A DNA stretch of 64,000 bases from Lepidodermella squamata (lineage: Eukaryota > Animalia > Gastrotricha), in assembly GCA_047495785.1 (NCBI GenBank), contig JBLDXI010000014.1:496001-560000 (forward strand), written 5' to 3'. This document shows positions 26,763 through 40,260 of the stretch, piece after piece. Position 1 is the stretch's first letter; the number at the start of each line of letters is the position of its first letter. The position numbers were made by a program, and so were the translations under genes. The notes beneath the pieces were generated by a model. The model worked only from the letters and a program-made list of their open reading frames with translations, was not told the origin of the DNA and did no database searches.

Positions 26763-29700
26763 CGAATTGGAGATGAGAGCTTGGTGTAGCGCATTGTAAG
26801 TCCAGAAATAATGCGATCAAAGATCGAAAGTTGACTGGCAGCTGGCTATCTCTCGCAAACAAAATGTTATATTTATTGGTCGTTAAATCATAGCCAAGTC
26901 TCGGACGCCACCTTTTAAGTGCCGCTAAACTTGGATTTCCACTTGGATGGAGATGCGGCACTAACTCGCCCGCAGTTACGGCCCACTCCTTGAGCGCTCA
27001 GACTTGGGTGGCCTTTCTTCTGTCTTCGATGGTCGGAACACTCAGAGCAGCCTATATCTAATTCACCGTTGCTTTTCTCAGAAGCCAGAACCAGTTATTA
27101 GCTTCCAGAATGAGAAGGTTTATGCATCCTGAATTTATTTCTAGGATGCTAGTAGGACTACCAAAAAGGCTGATGTCATGGTCATGTCGCCTAATTGTTC
27201 TCGGCGTGGGATAGACAAACCTAAAACCTAACACCAATTTATAGGTGACACGCTTTTTCTTATAAACCTTTGCCTTGTTAAATCACCAATCTGGTTGAAA
27301 CCATCCCTACTTTATCGTGGAGCTTGTGGATTTAGCCAAACTACATTGACATGCTGTGACCTGATCTCTGGCTACAGTGTCTAGCTATCTATCATATCGT
27401 ACGGGCTTCTAGTGACTGTGAACTTGAATGTCTCAAGCCTCAAGCCTCAAGCCTCTCAAACATTGCGCGCTATTTGGTCATTCGCTACATTCCGGCCAAG
27501 ATTTTATTGACTTGAAGCATGATAAAGTATTTGCTCCTGATCCATTTCTCTTTATTAGCAATCTAGGTATATTATAGAAAAAAAGCCCAATAGATTACAG
27601 ATTAAGAGGGGAGGTTGGTTTGCATTGGTCCTAGATCAAGGTATTTTGTGCCAGACACGAACCAGTCTAGTAACCTATTTAGTTGGTTAACCGATATGAC
27701 TTATAAATTAGACAAATTTCCTTTCTAGCAGTCGGATGCGCAGCATTTTTAGTATCTGTTTTGATGAAAATATACACCTTGAGGAATGCCAAGAAAATTG
27801 CGTCTGGCCTTCTTGGATTGCATTTAGTTTTGCCTTCCCAACATTTCCAGTAAGCCTATTGTTAGCTCGCCATCAAGATATTTACCCAGCCATAGCAGCA
27901 AATCAAATTAGGCCGATGAACTATTCAAACCAAACTAAGCTTGGAGCGAATTAAAATTACTTGTACTGGTAATCCTACAGATAGCTCATTAGATTACGCC
28001 ACATATTCCCTTTAAGCTATTCTTAGGGGTTATCTTTTTCAACTTTTTCCATCATTTTTGTCTATTGGCTGCTGCGTGCAATACGAATTTATCTGTGCTG
28101 AAGCGCTGTGAAAATGTCTACTTTATTATTTTCTTCCAGATCTAGGCGCTAATTAATTGGCTGGAACTTTTTACTGCGCTCCTGATCAGAAGTTCGAAAA
28201 GCATACATCTAGTAAAGGGTGGTAATTTCAGCATTCCTAATTTTCTAGTCTTATTAATTTGCAACGATATATTGCCTTACTGCGCTATTTACTCAAAAAC
28301 CGAGTAAGAAATCAATTTGAGATACAAACACATGCGAAGGTTAGTTCCGTTTACGATTTATTGTCTCATATGCATGTTACGTTCAGCCGTGTTTATTTTT
28401 GCGGCTCTATTTACCTGCGGATCAGAATATCACGAAGGTATCCAGTATTCCTCAAATTGTTCTACTTCTTTAGAGCATGAGAGGCTTTCGGTATTACGCT
28501 GGCCCTATATCCCGCTGTACTCACTCGTCATATTTGTAGTGTAATTTGCAATTTATGCGAACAGTTGCTTGTGCTTTTTATTCGTGCCTAATAGTCATCG
28601 CCTGAAATGCTCAACCGCAGTCGAAAGGAGTTGCCTAATTATGAATACTGTGGTTGCCTAAATGTATAAAAATTGGCGTATGTTATCTCGCATGATAAAT
28701 ATTTGTTTTTCTATCGGCAACACTGTTCAGGTAGTCATGGACGGTTTAGATTATAAAAGCTTAGCGTTTGATGTTTTATTGCGCTGCGCGTTAGGCTGTT
28801 CTACTGTCTTGCTACCCATGTACCAGCGCCCAGCTGCGGACCACCAAGAGAGCTCCGGGTATCTTAGTTTTCAGAAATAGCGTTACCTGCAGTTATTACA
28901 GCGCTTTTCACCGTTATGTGTTTTTTCGAGCTAATTTTATGCCCGACCAAAATAAAAAACCGACTTTACCTGCATCTTTATCTCTAGTCTTTATTTACAT
29001 ATACCTATTTATTTTACAGTATGTGGTTTTCTTGTAGTGGATGATATCAATGAAACAATTTATTGCAATACCTATTTTAGATATTTTATTGACTTGCTAA
29101 TTGATCGTCCTGATTCCTAATAATCTGGGCTCAAGATTAGAGGAAAAATATCAAAGCCGGTGTATTTTCTGACTACACCGCAGTGCAATTTTTAGAAACT
29201 CACTGAGCAAATACTTTGATGTACGTGTTTCTTTTTAGCGCAAAGCACCATTGTTGCATTTCCCCTAAAATTAGCGGAAGAAACGCTGCGCGGAAGGTCA
29301 TTCGTATTTTTGTCCTCCTTATTTATTGCAATCTAAATCGGTTTCATTAAATTCAGTCTTTCCTGTTTCCTTTGCGAGGAAAACATGATGCTTGAATGAG
29401 TTGAAAAAACAGTTGTATCATGGGTGCGGCGGCCATTTGCCCATTAAATTATTGTTTGTGGCGCATATTATTGCTGTAACCCTGTCATCGCCTTATTATT
29501 TACACCGCTAAATAGCAAATTCAGCAGCGGAAATTTAGAAGTTTCGATTTGCTTTAACTGTGCTGTTATATTGGCCTTTTATTATCGCGTCTGACGTTGA
29601 CCGCCATACAGCGGAAACGCATAATTTTAAAGTTGAAGTTTCACAATTATTACGCCGAATTTTATTGCTCGCTTCCCACGTTGTGGCATATGGATTGGAG

Positions 29701-30175
29701 CGATGAATCGATAATTGTATTGCTTATATTTATAAATTTATGTGTCCCCAACCATACTATGGTAAACGCTTTACCCTTTTCGTCGTTTCGTACCTTCATT
29801 TACGACAACCTGTGTTTGATGCTTTGTTTGTTTCTTTGATTTAATATGTTGATGGGCGCCCGTCAGTATGAGCATTTTTCAACTTTTCAATTTTCACAGC
29901 TTTTGTTTGATCATCGCCTTATTACAACGCACTCGAGGTGTATTTAACGCGATCCGTTTTAATTCAACATCGGCGTTGCTTTCGCGTTATGGCGTCAATA
30001 AGCACCTATACCACGATAAATATACGCAAAATAGCGTATGCGCTCTAAACGGCAGCTGTAATTTTGACTTTCGATTTGCTTTTATGGAATATTTCGGAAT
30101 TTGAAATCTATTATCACATTAGTATATCGTGAGTAGCCTTTTAATTGAAGAAATTAGCAGTCATATAAACGAAAT

Positions 30176-33100
30176 ATGGGCGAGCCTGCGGTGGCTGGTG
30201 TGCCCATGAAATCTATGAAGCGACGCGACGGGTCTTCGAAGACATCGCTGCGTTCTATGGATGAGGCGAATCTGACACCATCTCCAGGCCCAGCTATACT
30301 AATTCACGAGACCGAATGTTCGCCATCAGATATTTACAATGAAAAATTCCAAAATCGATTGCTTGACAATCAGGCGCTTCTCGACAACCGGTTATCTCCG
30401 AATGAAATGCAGGCTGACCTTTCAAAGGCAGAAATCGCCACACTGCCTTCGAATCAGCACCCATCCGCAACTGATAGTCATCATTTCTGCCCTCGCCAAG
30501 TCGTACCTCGAGGCTCTTGTACCCGGCTCGAGCGGGGCCTGGCCGTAACTCTCCTCACTCTTCTTCTAATTGTGATAGTTTCCAGTTTCCTGGTGTACGC
30601 TGTTCTATTACGGCCACTGCTGATGACAGTCAAACGATACGATTCAACGTTCCGCGATACTGATGGCATCGACGATAATGGTCAGTTGTTGAACAACTTG
30701 TGCCTTACCGAGGACTGCGTTCATACTGCATCTATGGTTCTGTCTGCAATGGATTCGAGGGCTAAACCCTGCGATGTTGGTTACTTAGCGATTGCGATCA
30801 TATTGATATTACATGTCTTAATTTTTCAGGATTTCTTAGAATTCGCCTGCGGGCAGTGGAATAAAGAACATAAAATACCAGAAGATAGGACTGATATTAG
30901 TAGATTTGACGAGCTCGTTGAGCGGACCAAAGAGCGAATTCGTGACATATTATCTGAGTCGGTTAGCGATTCAGAGCCGGCGTATATGGGCAAAGTGAAG
31001 ACGTATTTTCACGCGTGCATGGACACGGCAACTATTGAGAGACTCGGCGTTTGGCCAATCAATTTTCATCTAACCAAAATGATGGGCCCTTGGCCGGCGA
31101 TTCACGGCCGGCAAAATCCGCATCTTATGCTAGATGGCACTTTGAACGCCACCGGTTTGGCTACCCTTTTGGCTCACGCGGCTCGGCGCTATGCTGTACA
31201 CCCTCTTTTCTACTTCAATGTTGGACCAGACGACCGCGATTCTACTGTCAATCGCATACGGGTTTGTTCGATTAGCCAAAATATTGCAAATTGTGATAAT
31301 TTATCTGTTGGTAATAGCTTCATCAAAGTTCACTGACAGTGTCTGGTACTGAGGATTACATTCAAAAAAATTGGACTCAATTACGGCTACTAAGAGCTGC
31401 TTATCGTGAATACATCGAAAATACCATGTGGCTAACGAACAAAACAGCTAACGAGAGCTATATTGAACCCGTAGCGCGCAGCATGGTTGACTTGGAATTC
31501 GATCTCGCATTGGTTTGATTTTTCGCTATTTCTTACCACGCCATTGTGATATACGCGTATTACTATAGATAATGGTACCTAGGGAGGATCAGGCAGATCC
31601 GCGCCACTCTTACGAGCGAGTGACTATCCCCGAGCTGCAAATAAACTACCCTTGGGTAATTTTATTTATCCTGGTTTCGTGTTGTATAATTTCAATTTTT
31701 TCCAGTTGAATTGGAGGCGGTTCTTCGATTTAGTATTCGATCCAATACATGTTAATGATACGGACCCTATAATCATATTTGGTCAATCTTATTTTGTGCA
31801 ATTCGAACAAATTCATCGCAAATACAAACAGTAAGCAACAAAATTATTCGGCTTTATTTTATTCCCCTGAGCTTTTTGCTTCAGCTTATTTTTAGACTAC
31901 ATATTTTGGCGATTGCTCAGTCAAGTATCTAAATTTGGAGGGTTTGAATTCGGCTACGAACGATTCAAGTTCTTGCAAAAGTTTTCGGTGAGGCAGCGAT
32001 ATTTTGTCACGCTTTTTATTTGATTAAGCGCTATTTTAGAATATAAGCGTGGATACGCCGCGATGGTCTAAATGCTATTCGAATCTCATGGAAGAGGGCG
32101 TGGCACTGGCAGATGCTGTTTCGGCGATGTTTATCCGAAGATTCGTCGACAAAAAAACACTGGACGCGGTATTTTTCGCAATTTTTTCGTTAGAAATTGT
32201 AAGACTTGGGCAATATTAGGCTAAGGAAATGATCGATCTCGTGAAAGATACTTTTGCTGAGCTTCTGAAATCGAACGATTGGATGGACGAAGTCGTGCGT
32301 GAGAAAGCACTTTCGAAAGTTCATATGATGGGAGAGAAAATTGGCTTTCATCCAAATCTGCTGAATGACACGTATATGAACAACTTCTACGCCAATCTGA
32401 GCCTCGATCGCTATCAGCTGTTAAGCAATCATATTCAGCTAGTCCAATTCACATTCAATTCCACGATCCAGCGAGTCAACAGGCAGTCAGATCGAGAATT
32501 GTGAGGTCCCAACTAATGAATAAATTTGATTTCTCATTCTTGGACTTTCAGATGGGAAGAGACACCTGCGACAGTCAACGCTTACTACGACCCGAACATG
32601 AATTCTATGAGTAAGTCATCGTTATTTTTAAGAATTAATTGAAAATGAAGGATCCTTTCATAATTAGTTGTGCCTGCCGGAATTTTGCAACCGTTTTTCT
32701 ATAGCAAAACCTTCCCTCGCTCGCTCAACTTTGGAGCGCTCGGTGTTGTTATCGGTCATGAAATTACTCACGGGTTCGATTCCAGGGGTCGTTTGTACAA
32801 CGCCAACGGCACCCTTGAGCAATGGTGGGACGATGAGACCGATGCTCATTTTCAGCAGAAAGCTGCTTGCATGGCTGAGCAGTACAGCGCATTCTCGATT
32901 CGAGATTACAACGGAACAGCTGACGGAAATATGACCCTGGCCGAGAACATAGCCGATAATGGCGGCCTTCGAGCTTCGTATACCGCCTATCAAAAGTGGC
33001 TGAAGCGTGCCATTGAAGAGCAGGCCGACGGAACTCTGCCCGTCAGCGAGCGCCGACTTCCTGCCGTTAATTTGACCCATGATCAGTTATTTTTTGTTAG

Positions 33101-33340
33101 CTATGCCCAAATTTGGTGTGGGTCGATGAGGCCTAATACGATCCAGCAGAAAATAATGCAGGCTGAGCATAGTTTGCCTGAACACAGGTTACAACTCTTT
33201 ATCCATTGCGTTTTCCTTTAAATTGATGAATATTTTTCAGAATCCGAGGACCACTATCTAATTTTGAAGAGTTCAGCAATGCATTTCAATGCCCTGTCGG
33301 GTCAGCTATGAATCCTGCCACAAAATGTAAAGTGTGGTAA
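30176..33340 (+). CDS. M13 zinc metallopeptidase (neprilysin/ECE-like), type II membrane protein
   Basis: TM segment, CLTEDCV, PCD|[39 protein letters not shown] (HExxH), [13 protein letters not shown]-terminal CKVW*. Confidence 0.95.
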
Positions 33341-34997
33341 CGCCGGCAGAACCTTGCTTATACATCGAAAACAATTTCGACGGGTAGCTGCACAACTTTG
33401 GAAATTTATACCTACAAATTTTATTTTATTTTGCTACACTCACTGTCATATGACAAATGTCGGCTTTATCTTCCATTTCGAAAATCTGGTAGCGGGAGCA
33501 ATAATATGTCTGTGGAGTACGATGAAAAGCAAGAAATTGCTAGTATTGTTACGCGGAGTATGTGGCAATCGTGACAGTCCGTTTATTTGACGCTAAAAAT
33601 ATTTGATCTATATTTTTTAAAGTCCTTCTAATCATCTATGTGTTTCTACGCAAAGTCAAATGAAGAATAAAATAACGAAGAAAGGGAATAGTAGCAGCTG
33701 TTTAGAATCGGTCAAATATTGTATTGGAAATTGCTGGTTGTACGTGCGGGAAGCTTGGAGTGGGACACGGAATAGACATTCCGTGTATAAGCAGTTGCAG
33801 CATGACAATAATCGAGGTAATCCGAAATTTGTGTTATTTTTATCATTGGACACTCTTTTTTAGCGTAACCTCTTCCTATTCACCGAGTTTTATCGAAATT
33901 GAATTTACATATGAAACACGTGCTGCGCATACGAAGTGGGCGCTAGTGATATCGAACGCGCGAAATTCGACGCGATCCATTCAATCAGACGATATGACAT
34001 AGTGTTCTTAATTAAAGCGCGAGTTTTGCTTAGTTTTCGCACTTCGCAGTTTAATACTGTAAAAACTGATCACCGCAAACCGTTGTCATGCGTATTGCAT
34101 GAGTAATTATCGCCGACTACACATGTTTTGATAGCGGAATTCATCACGGATCTAACTCTAACTAGAAACGAAAAGGCTTCGCTTCAACCTTAATCATCGA
34201 CAATAATGAGCGCTAGTGCAGAAAACAACCGCACATAGCTGAGGGCAGATATACTTTCATACGAATTCTGTAAAATTCCTTCTGAAATTCCTGCATTTCT
34301 CGCAACGAATCCTGAAGGTGTGATCTGGACTACCTTGAAGGTGTGAATGGATGTCTCTCTTTCTGTGCTGCACTAATAGAAGAGCAAGAACACGATAGCA
34401 TAAAGCCACCCACTTGTTGCCATTCTTGCATGCATGTAATTGTTTTGCTTTTGCTCTACTATCCCATGGCAAATAGAGCTTGGTTTTAGGTACCTACGCA
34501 CGCGCCCGGCACTTTGGCTTTCTTTTGGTTTGTACTAATGACATGCGGTATAGTAATTCTGTCCCCGATAATCTTCACTTACCATTCTCTTTCTTCTAAG
34601 CATCATCTCTCATGTGAAGCGGTCAGTTACGAAAATTGAATATATCCCTCATTATAGCAACCTAAAGAAAATAGATGCAATCTCCATTATTAAATTCGTG
34701 CAATAATTTGATGTATTCGCCGTCGAAGCCTCAAACATCTGTGGCTCATTATTTGCTTCGTAGGTAATATCCAAAAATGGAAACTTCAAACTTATACTTG
34801 GTTTTTTTTAGTTGAAGTCTGTGCATATGTGTCTTCGAAATTTCTCGTATCTTTGCGATGAAGATCTACCGCTGATTTTTTGTAATTATAGCAATTAGCA
34901 AATCTACAGCTACATGTATTTTTTAGCGCTCCGCTCCGATACTTCTGTTGTACCATTTTAGAATTTTCAGTGGAGAGCAAAATTTTGGCCTGTTGAA

Positions 34998-37898
34998 ATG
35001 ACTTCAGACACCACAGCTTTCATGGGGATACATTTACCACCTGACTTTTGGGTTGAGCCAGGGCAATTAGACTTGGCCAACGAACATGACCCTATGCTTG
35101 CAAAGGCCGAGGGTTACCATGAACATTTGCTTAATCTTTTACATTACCGAACTCATTTCCTCGAAAAGGCAAGCCATTATACAGCCCAATTTTGATTTCA
35201 AAATAAAATTGATTTCCAGGAGCACTTCAACTACATTGCGCATTCGCCATCTCTCGGTTTCGTGATTTTATCTGTTCGCCTCGAAACGAATAATTGCACG
35301 CCGAATATGCTACGAATCTTGGTTAGAACGGCAGAGAAAAGCTATGTCTTTTACGGCCCCGCAGGGCGACCTCTTTCTAATAACCGCCAGTCGCCAAGGG
35401 AATCAGCAGGTTTGAGTTCAATGTTTACTCATCAAGTGCCATTGTAAGGGCCTAAAACAGATTTTGAGTCAATCTAAATTAAGCTGGTAAATCCTTATAT
35501 CGGTTAGTGAATTGATGGATAAATCGAAGAGAAAGTAGGGTCTTAATTCGCATATAATATTACAAATTCCCAGAGTGAAGCTTCGCAGAGCTCAGGGTGA
35601 AGCTGGGAATTATCGCGCTATAAATCAAAATCTATAAATCATATTGCAGATAACAGTCCGCAGCTTGAACAACCAAGCTTGGAACTCGAGCCAGAGTCGA
35701 TTGAACAGAGCATTTTTCTGATCAACGACCCTGTTCATCTAGCTAGGGTGAGATTCTGCTGTGTCGCATCAAGATTTTCACTATTTTCAAAAATCATGCA
35801 GATGGCTGCGCCCGAAGTCAAGGTCGATCGATTTCATCCGCTGTCTATTCTGGGGGCGTCAAGACTGATTGCAGCTTTTGATGAATTCAGCATCCAAACG
35901 AAATTTAAAGTTGGACTTATATATCAAAGGTAAATATTTGACTGGCATGTGTCTTATTGGAACGAGGAGATATATTTCTTTTTTTCTCATGCGATTTCAA
36001 ATTATTCTTGAGCAGTTTATGGAAATGTTGCATTTTGCCTGGAAATTTCTCTAAACCCAATAATTTTGTGGAATATATTTTAGAGCCGGTCAGTACACCG
36101 AGGAAGAGCTGTTTTCTAACACGGAACATTCCGATCAATTCGAACGGTTTATGTCTCTATTGGGTGATCGAGTTAAGGTAAATTGACAGATTAATCAAGT
36201 TTTCAAGATCAATTACAGCGATTTTATTTTTTCGAAAATCGTTCACAACATTTCATTTCATTTTTGGAATCTCTTGAAATTGAATTGTTTTCCCACAATT
36301 CAAACCTTTCTTTTTAGCTGAGCGGCTTTGAAGGCTTCCGAGGAGGTCTTGACGTTTCGAAAGGAGACGAGGATAAAGAATCAAATGAATCCATATATTC
36401 GAAATTCAGGTAGACTGGTGACATGACCTTAACAGCAGTAATAAATTTTAGCCGCTTCAGCTGGTCTTCATTGTCTGAGGACACCAAAAGTGAAGCGATA
36501 AAACCCGGAGATTCTGAAAGCTCCAGATCTGAGGCTATCGAAATGATGTTCCATGTGAGTGTGTGAATACCTAATATTCCGCTGTTCACGATCCGTGTGA
36601 TCCTATTTCTATTCTAGGTTTCGACCTTATTACCTCACTCATCTAGCGATAAGCAGCAATTGGCAAGGTATAATGCGGCTTTTATTCAGAGCGTAGTTAA
36701 TCTATTATAATTGCAGAAAAAGGCACATTGGAAACGACATTGTATCGTTAGTATTCCAAGAACCGGGTGCCATGTTCAACCCATCGGTGATAGCTTCTCA
36801 ATTTTTACACGTGAGAATAGCTTGAGAATAGCGCAGCAAGCCGGTCTCTTTGGCTTTGTTTACATTCCAAACTCTCCAGGTGTACGTTGTAGTGCAGCCG
36901 TTACTTTTCGGCGACGACGAACTGAAATACAAGGTGATAACTCCTTTTTTTATTCAAAACGAGCTGAATTTTCACGAACTGTTGCGACTATAGGTGATTT
37001 GCGTGGCACGTAATAGTGTTCCGAGGTTTGGGCCTGAAACGAACGTTGAGCAAGGAGAGCCTGTTATTTTCGAGCATGGCGAAGCGTTGAGACAATTTCT
37101 GCTTGCAAAAATTGTGAATGCAGAAGTGGCGGCGACTCAAGCTGCTACTTTCTCCAAACTTCAAGTATAGAGAGTCATCCTAATGTCTTCTCTTAGGTAT
37201 ATAGTCTAATTTTTTATTTTTCCTAGCGGCGCACTCGAAAATTTCTGTTCGACTCACTGGCAAGAGAGCTGCATGAGAACCTAATAAGTCTATATGCGGA
37301 ATCAGGTGATTGATCTGCTTGAGTGTGCATCTGCTTAAAGACAATTGTGATTTTTCCAAAGGCGGTCTCCGGGCTCCAATACCTCTTCAGCCAGCAACAA
37401 GTGAACCAGATCAGAATAACGAAACGCTTTCTGTGAAAGAAAAGGAGTTGATCATTAGTACAAACAAGCGATCAGGTAAGCTATTCCATTACCAAATTTT
37501 TAATCGATGCTAAACCTCACCCGTATACGTCAATCAGGTAGCATATTGAAAAGCCTTAAGAAGACTTTCAGCCGGCAGAAAAACGCTGCATCTGCTGATG
37601 ACACGGATCTCGCATCAGCGCACCAAGAAATTTCAGCGTAACTAATATTTCACGCGTTATTTCGTTTAATTGAGACAATGCTGCTATTGACAGGAATTCG
37701 GATGAGCAGGTGATTCGGCAGGCTGCTCACAAGGTAGCAGACGATGAACCAGTGACTGCAAGACTCCCGAAGCAGGCAGTAACAAATACGAAATCCGCCT
37801 TAGTATCATCCATGCGCGTTGTAGTAGCTTCAACGTTGCCTCCTCAAATACCAGTATCGTCCAGGAGAGCTACGTCACCATGCTCTCCGACGCCGTAA
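34998..37898 (+). CDS. RAP1GAP: Rap1 GTPase-activating protein (multi-exon; first intron GC-AG, 35169-35219)
   Basis: YRTHFLEK|[50 protein letters not shown] (Asn thumb), [13 protein letters not shown]. Confidence 0.9.
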
Positions 37899-38184
37899 TT
37901 TCTTTACAGAACTATTAGCACTTCTTATTGAGTCTGGATCTCAATTGTCATTTCACACGGCTTGTGCTGTAGAACCATAGAAATATGTTTTTATACTATC
38001 ATTGGCGGTTTAGGTCATGTATATTAGAGCCAGTTGATCGACGTGTGCTAACAAATGTTTTTCTGAGAATATTTTTATTGCCGAAATAAAAAATTCTGGC
38101 CTGCCTACATACGCACAACGCATGTAAAGCAGCTGAAAAGAGCGGAAGACACAAAACAATTATGCACAAATAGATGGTTTGAAA

Positions 38185-39229
38185 TCAGAAGCCGGGAAGG
38201 ATTCGACCTTTCTTGACAGCCCGTTGTATTTTAGACTTAGTTCTCATGGCTTTCGCCTTTTCGATATTGCGCTGACGCTTGGCCTGCCTCTCTTCTTTCT
38301 TAGCTTCCTCAGCTTTGGTACGATCTGCCCATTTCCTGGCACTTCTCCGCTTTAACGAATGTTCCTTCCTAATCGCTTTTCGGAGATATTTGGGATCATC
38401 CTTGACTTTGACACCGCGAGCTCTGTCCAAGGCTTTTTGCCAGGCATCTTTTGATTCAACCTGACGAGCTGTTTCGCTGTTCTCTTGGCGAAGGGTTTCT
38501 ATCTTCTCTGCTTTCTTTTCGGCGATTTTCAATAATTTCTGGTTGCTAACCTTCCGTTTCCCATCTGCAACACAAAACGAATTTCATGAAATCACGTTAA
38601 TCGCAACCACAGAAACGATAGCAGATGATTAGATTGAAAATTACCTTTTTGATTTTCATCTTCTCCATTCATGAAGTTAAAGCGGCTGAATAGAGGCAAT
38701 GACTCTGGGGCAGATGCATTAGCCTTTTGAGGTTCTGACTTGGGCTGCTGATTGCCTTTGACGGCCGTTTTTTGTTTTTTGGTGGGCTTCTTCTTCACAT
38801 TCTAAACAGAACAGCTAGAGAATAATGGCAGCAAGTTCAGCTTGAACGAACCTTCTCAAGTCTCTTCTCTCTTTTTACTTTGGGATCGACTTCTTCGGTT
38901 TTGGCCTTTCGCTGAGCTTCTAGAGATTTGATTTTGTTCTGAAGGCGAGCGTGGGCAGTGGTCACCGTTTTTTTCTTGTTGGATTCTTCTACTTCAATTC
39001 TTTCCAGCAGTTCGGCGCAGCCAGAAATTGTCGTAGTGTCTGGATTCTTAGAACCTTTCTTTTGAGCTTTAATTTGAGCAGCAGATTTGATTTGATGCAA
39101 CGCATCAGCTTCAAAATAGCATTCAGGTGGCAGCAAGTCGAGTAAATTTGCGAAATAAGCGTCGAACTGACTTGCAGCTGAAATTGTCGATTTGCAATAA
39201 ACAGCCGAAGTTAGTAAGGGTACAATCAT
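38185..39229 (-). CDS. SURF6: SURF6/RRP14 nucleolar ribosome biogenesis protein, 3 exons
   Basis: N-terminal RRP14-like FDAYFANLLDLLPPECY; C-terminal SURF6 domain WQKALDRARGVKVKDDPKYLRKAIRKE...W..R...RQAKRQRNI...GRILPGF. Confidence 0.92.
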
Positions 39230-39491
39230 GTTAATATCTAAGGAACAAATATGAACGATATTAACGGGCAATGTTTTAACGCAGCACTCGTTTACTAATT
39301 TCACCGTATGGGTCACACAATACTACAATGAGAGCATCAAGTGAATCATTTCACTTGCGCATCAAAAAAAACTCAATAATCAATATATAGATAATGTACT
39401 TTGGTTGCTTGTAAACCGCTACTTATTATTTTCATGTGCTGCTGCCGAGTCTATCAGGCTTTGCGTTTTGCCACTGTCATAACAGACTCAT

Positions 39492-40108
39492 TTAAAACTT
39501 CTCTTCCTCCAGGCCGTCCTTGAAGAAGCAAAGGTACGGCGTCATACCTGTTTGAGATAATAATAATAATAAAGCAACAGCAGGAAACCATCTTCAAAAA
39601 TTACCATCTTCACGGTAGGCGAGAGCGATGGCCATGCCTTCCGGGTTCATGCTTTCACCGGTGTAGAACTCCAGGTCGTTGAAATTTTCAAGAATCCACT
39701 TGACACGCTTTTGGGCACCCGCCATGAAGGCGTCGACGCGATCTGGCTTGGATTCCGTCAGACGCTTCTTCAGTTCCGCCATATAACCCTTGATGTAGAC
39801 AGTGTATGACTTCTTGTCGAAAGGAGTTGGCTGCAACCGGTGAGCAATGACGATATTGATGCCAGTAACATCCTGATCATCAGCACCTTCATCACCGGCT
39901 TCGGCAGATGCGTTACCTCCAATCAAGCGTTCATCAATGCCACCTTTGATGGTGATACGCTGCAAAAGGAAAAAATAAAAAAGCAGAATACTAGCGATCT
40001 CAAGATTACCTTTCCCTCGACTTCATACATGACATCGTCAACCAGCTTGATTTTGTAAGCGTCAGAGAAGAGCTCGTCGTTGGTGATGATATCCTTATAA
40101 ATAAGCAT
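39492..40108 (-). CDS. TPT1: Translationally controlled tumour protein, 3 coding exons
   Basis: MLIYKDIITNDELFSD, YEVEGK, LIGGNASAE, FYTGESMNPEG, YREDG.TPY..FFKDGLEEEKF*. Confidence 0.97.
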
Positions 40109-40252
40109 GGTTAGGCGTTCTGGCAAAGGTCGCAAAACCTGAATATCTAAAATGAAGCATATAATAAATGTAGTAAATAAACTTGGCTTATTAGGAAAGA
40201 GTTGGATTAGGTAAATGCACAGGCTAATTGAACTATGACCTTTACCACACGC

Positions 40253-40260
40253 AGAAAGAG
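40253..40260 (-). promoter_or_regulatory. TCT initiator / 5'TOP start of TCTP
   Basis: CTCTTTCT matches YYC(+1)TTTYY; followed by a GTAAAG donor at 40245 and an acceptor at 40139 or 40147; GC-box-like CCGCCCCCGC upstream; TCTP is an established TOP mRNA. Confidence 0.7.

Noticed and set aside
27000-30170. Short ORFs in the long region upstream of neprilysin
   Set aside because: AT-rich with no coding signature; more likely regulatory DNA and 5'UTR exons or introns.
34160-34620. Exon-like minus-strand fragments upstream of Rap1GAP (HLQDSLREMQEFQKEFYRIRMK)
   Set aside because: An in-frame TAG precedes the segment and I could not build a consistent gene model.
39240-39400. Possible snoRNA downstream of TCTP (vertebrate TPT1 hosts an H/ACA snoRNA)
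   Set aside because: Only one short hairpin; no convincing H/ACA two-hairpin structure or C/D boxes.
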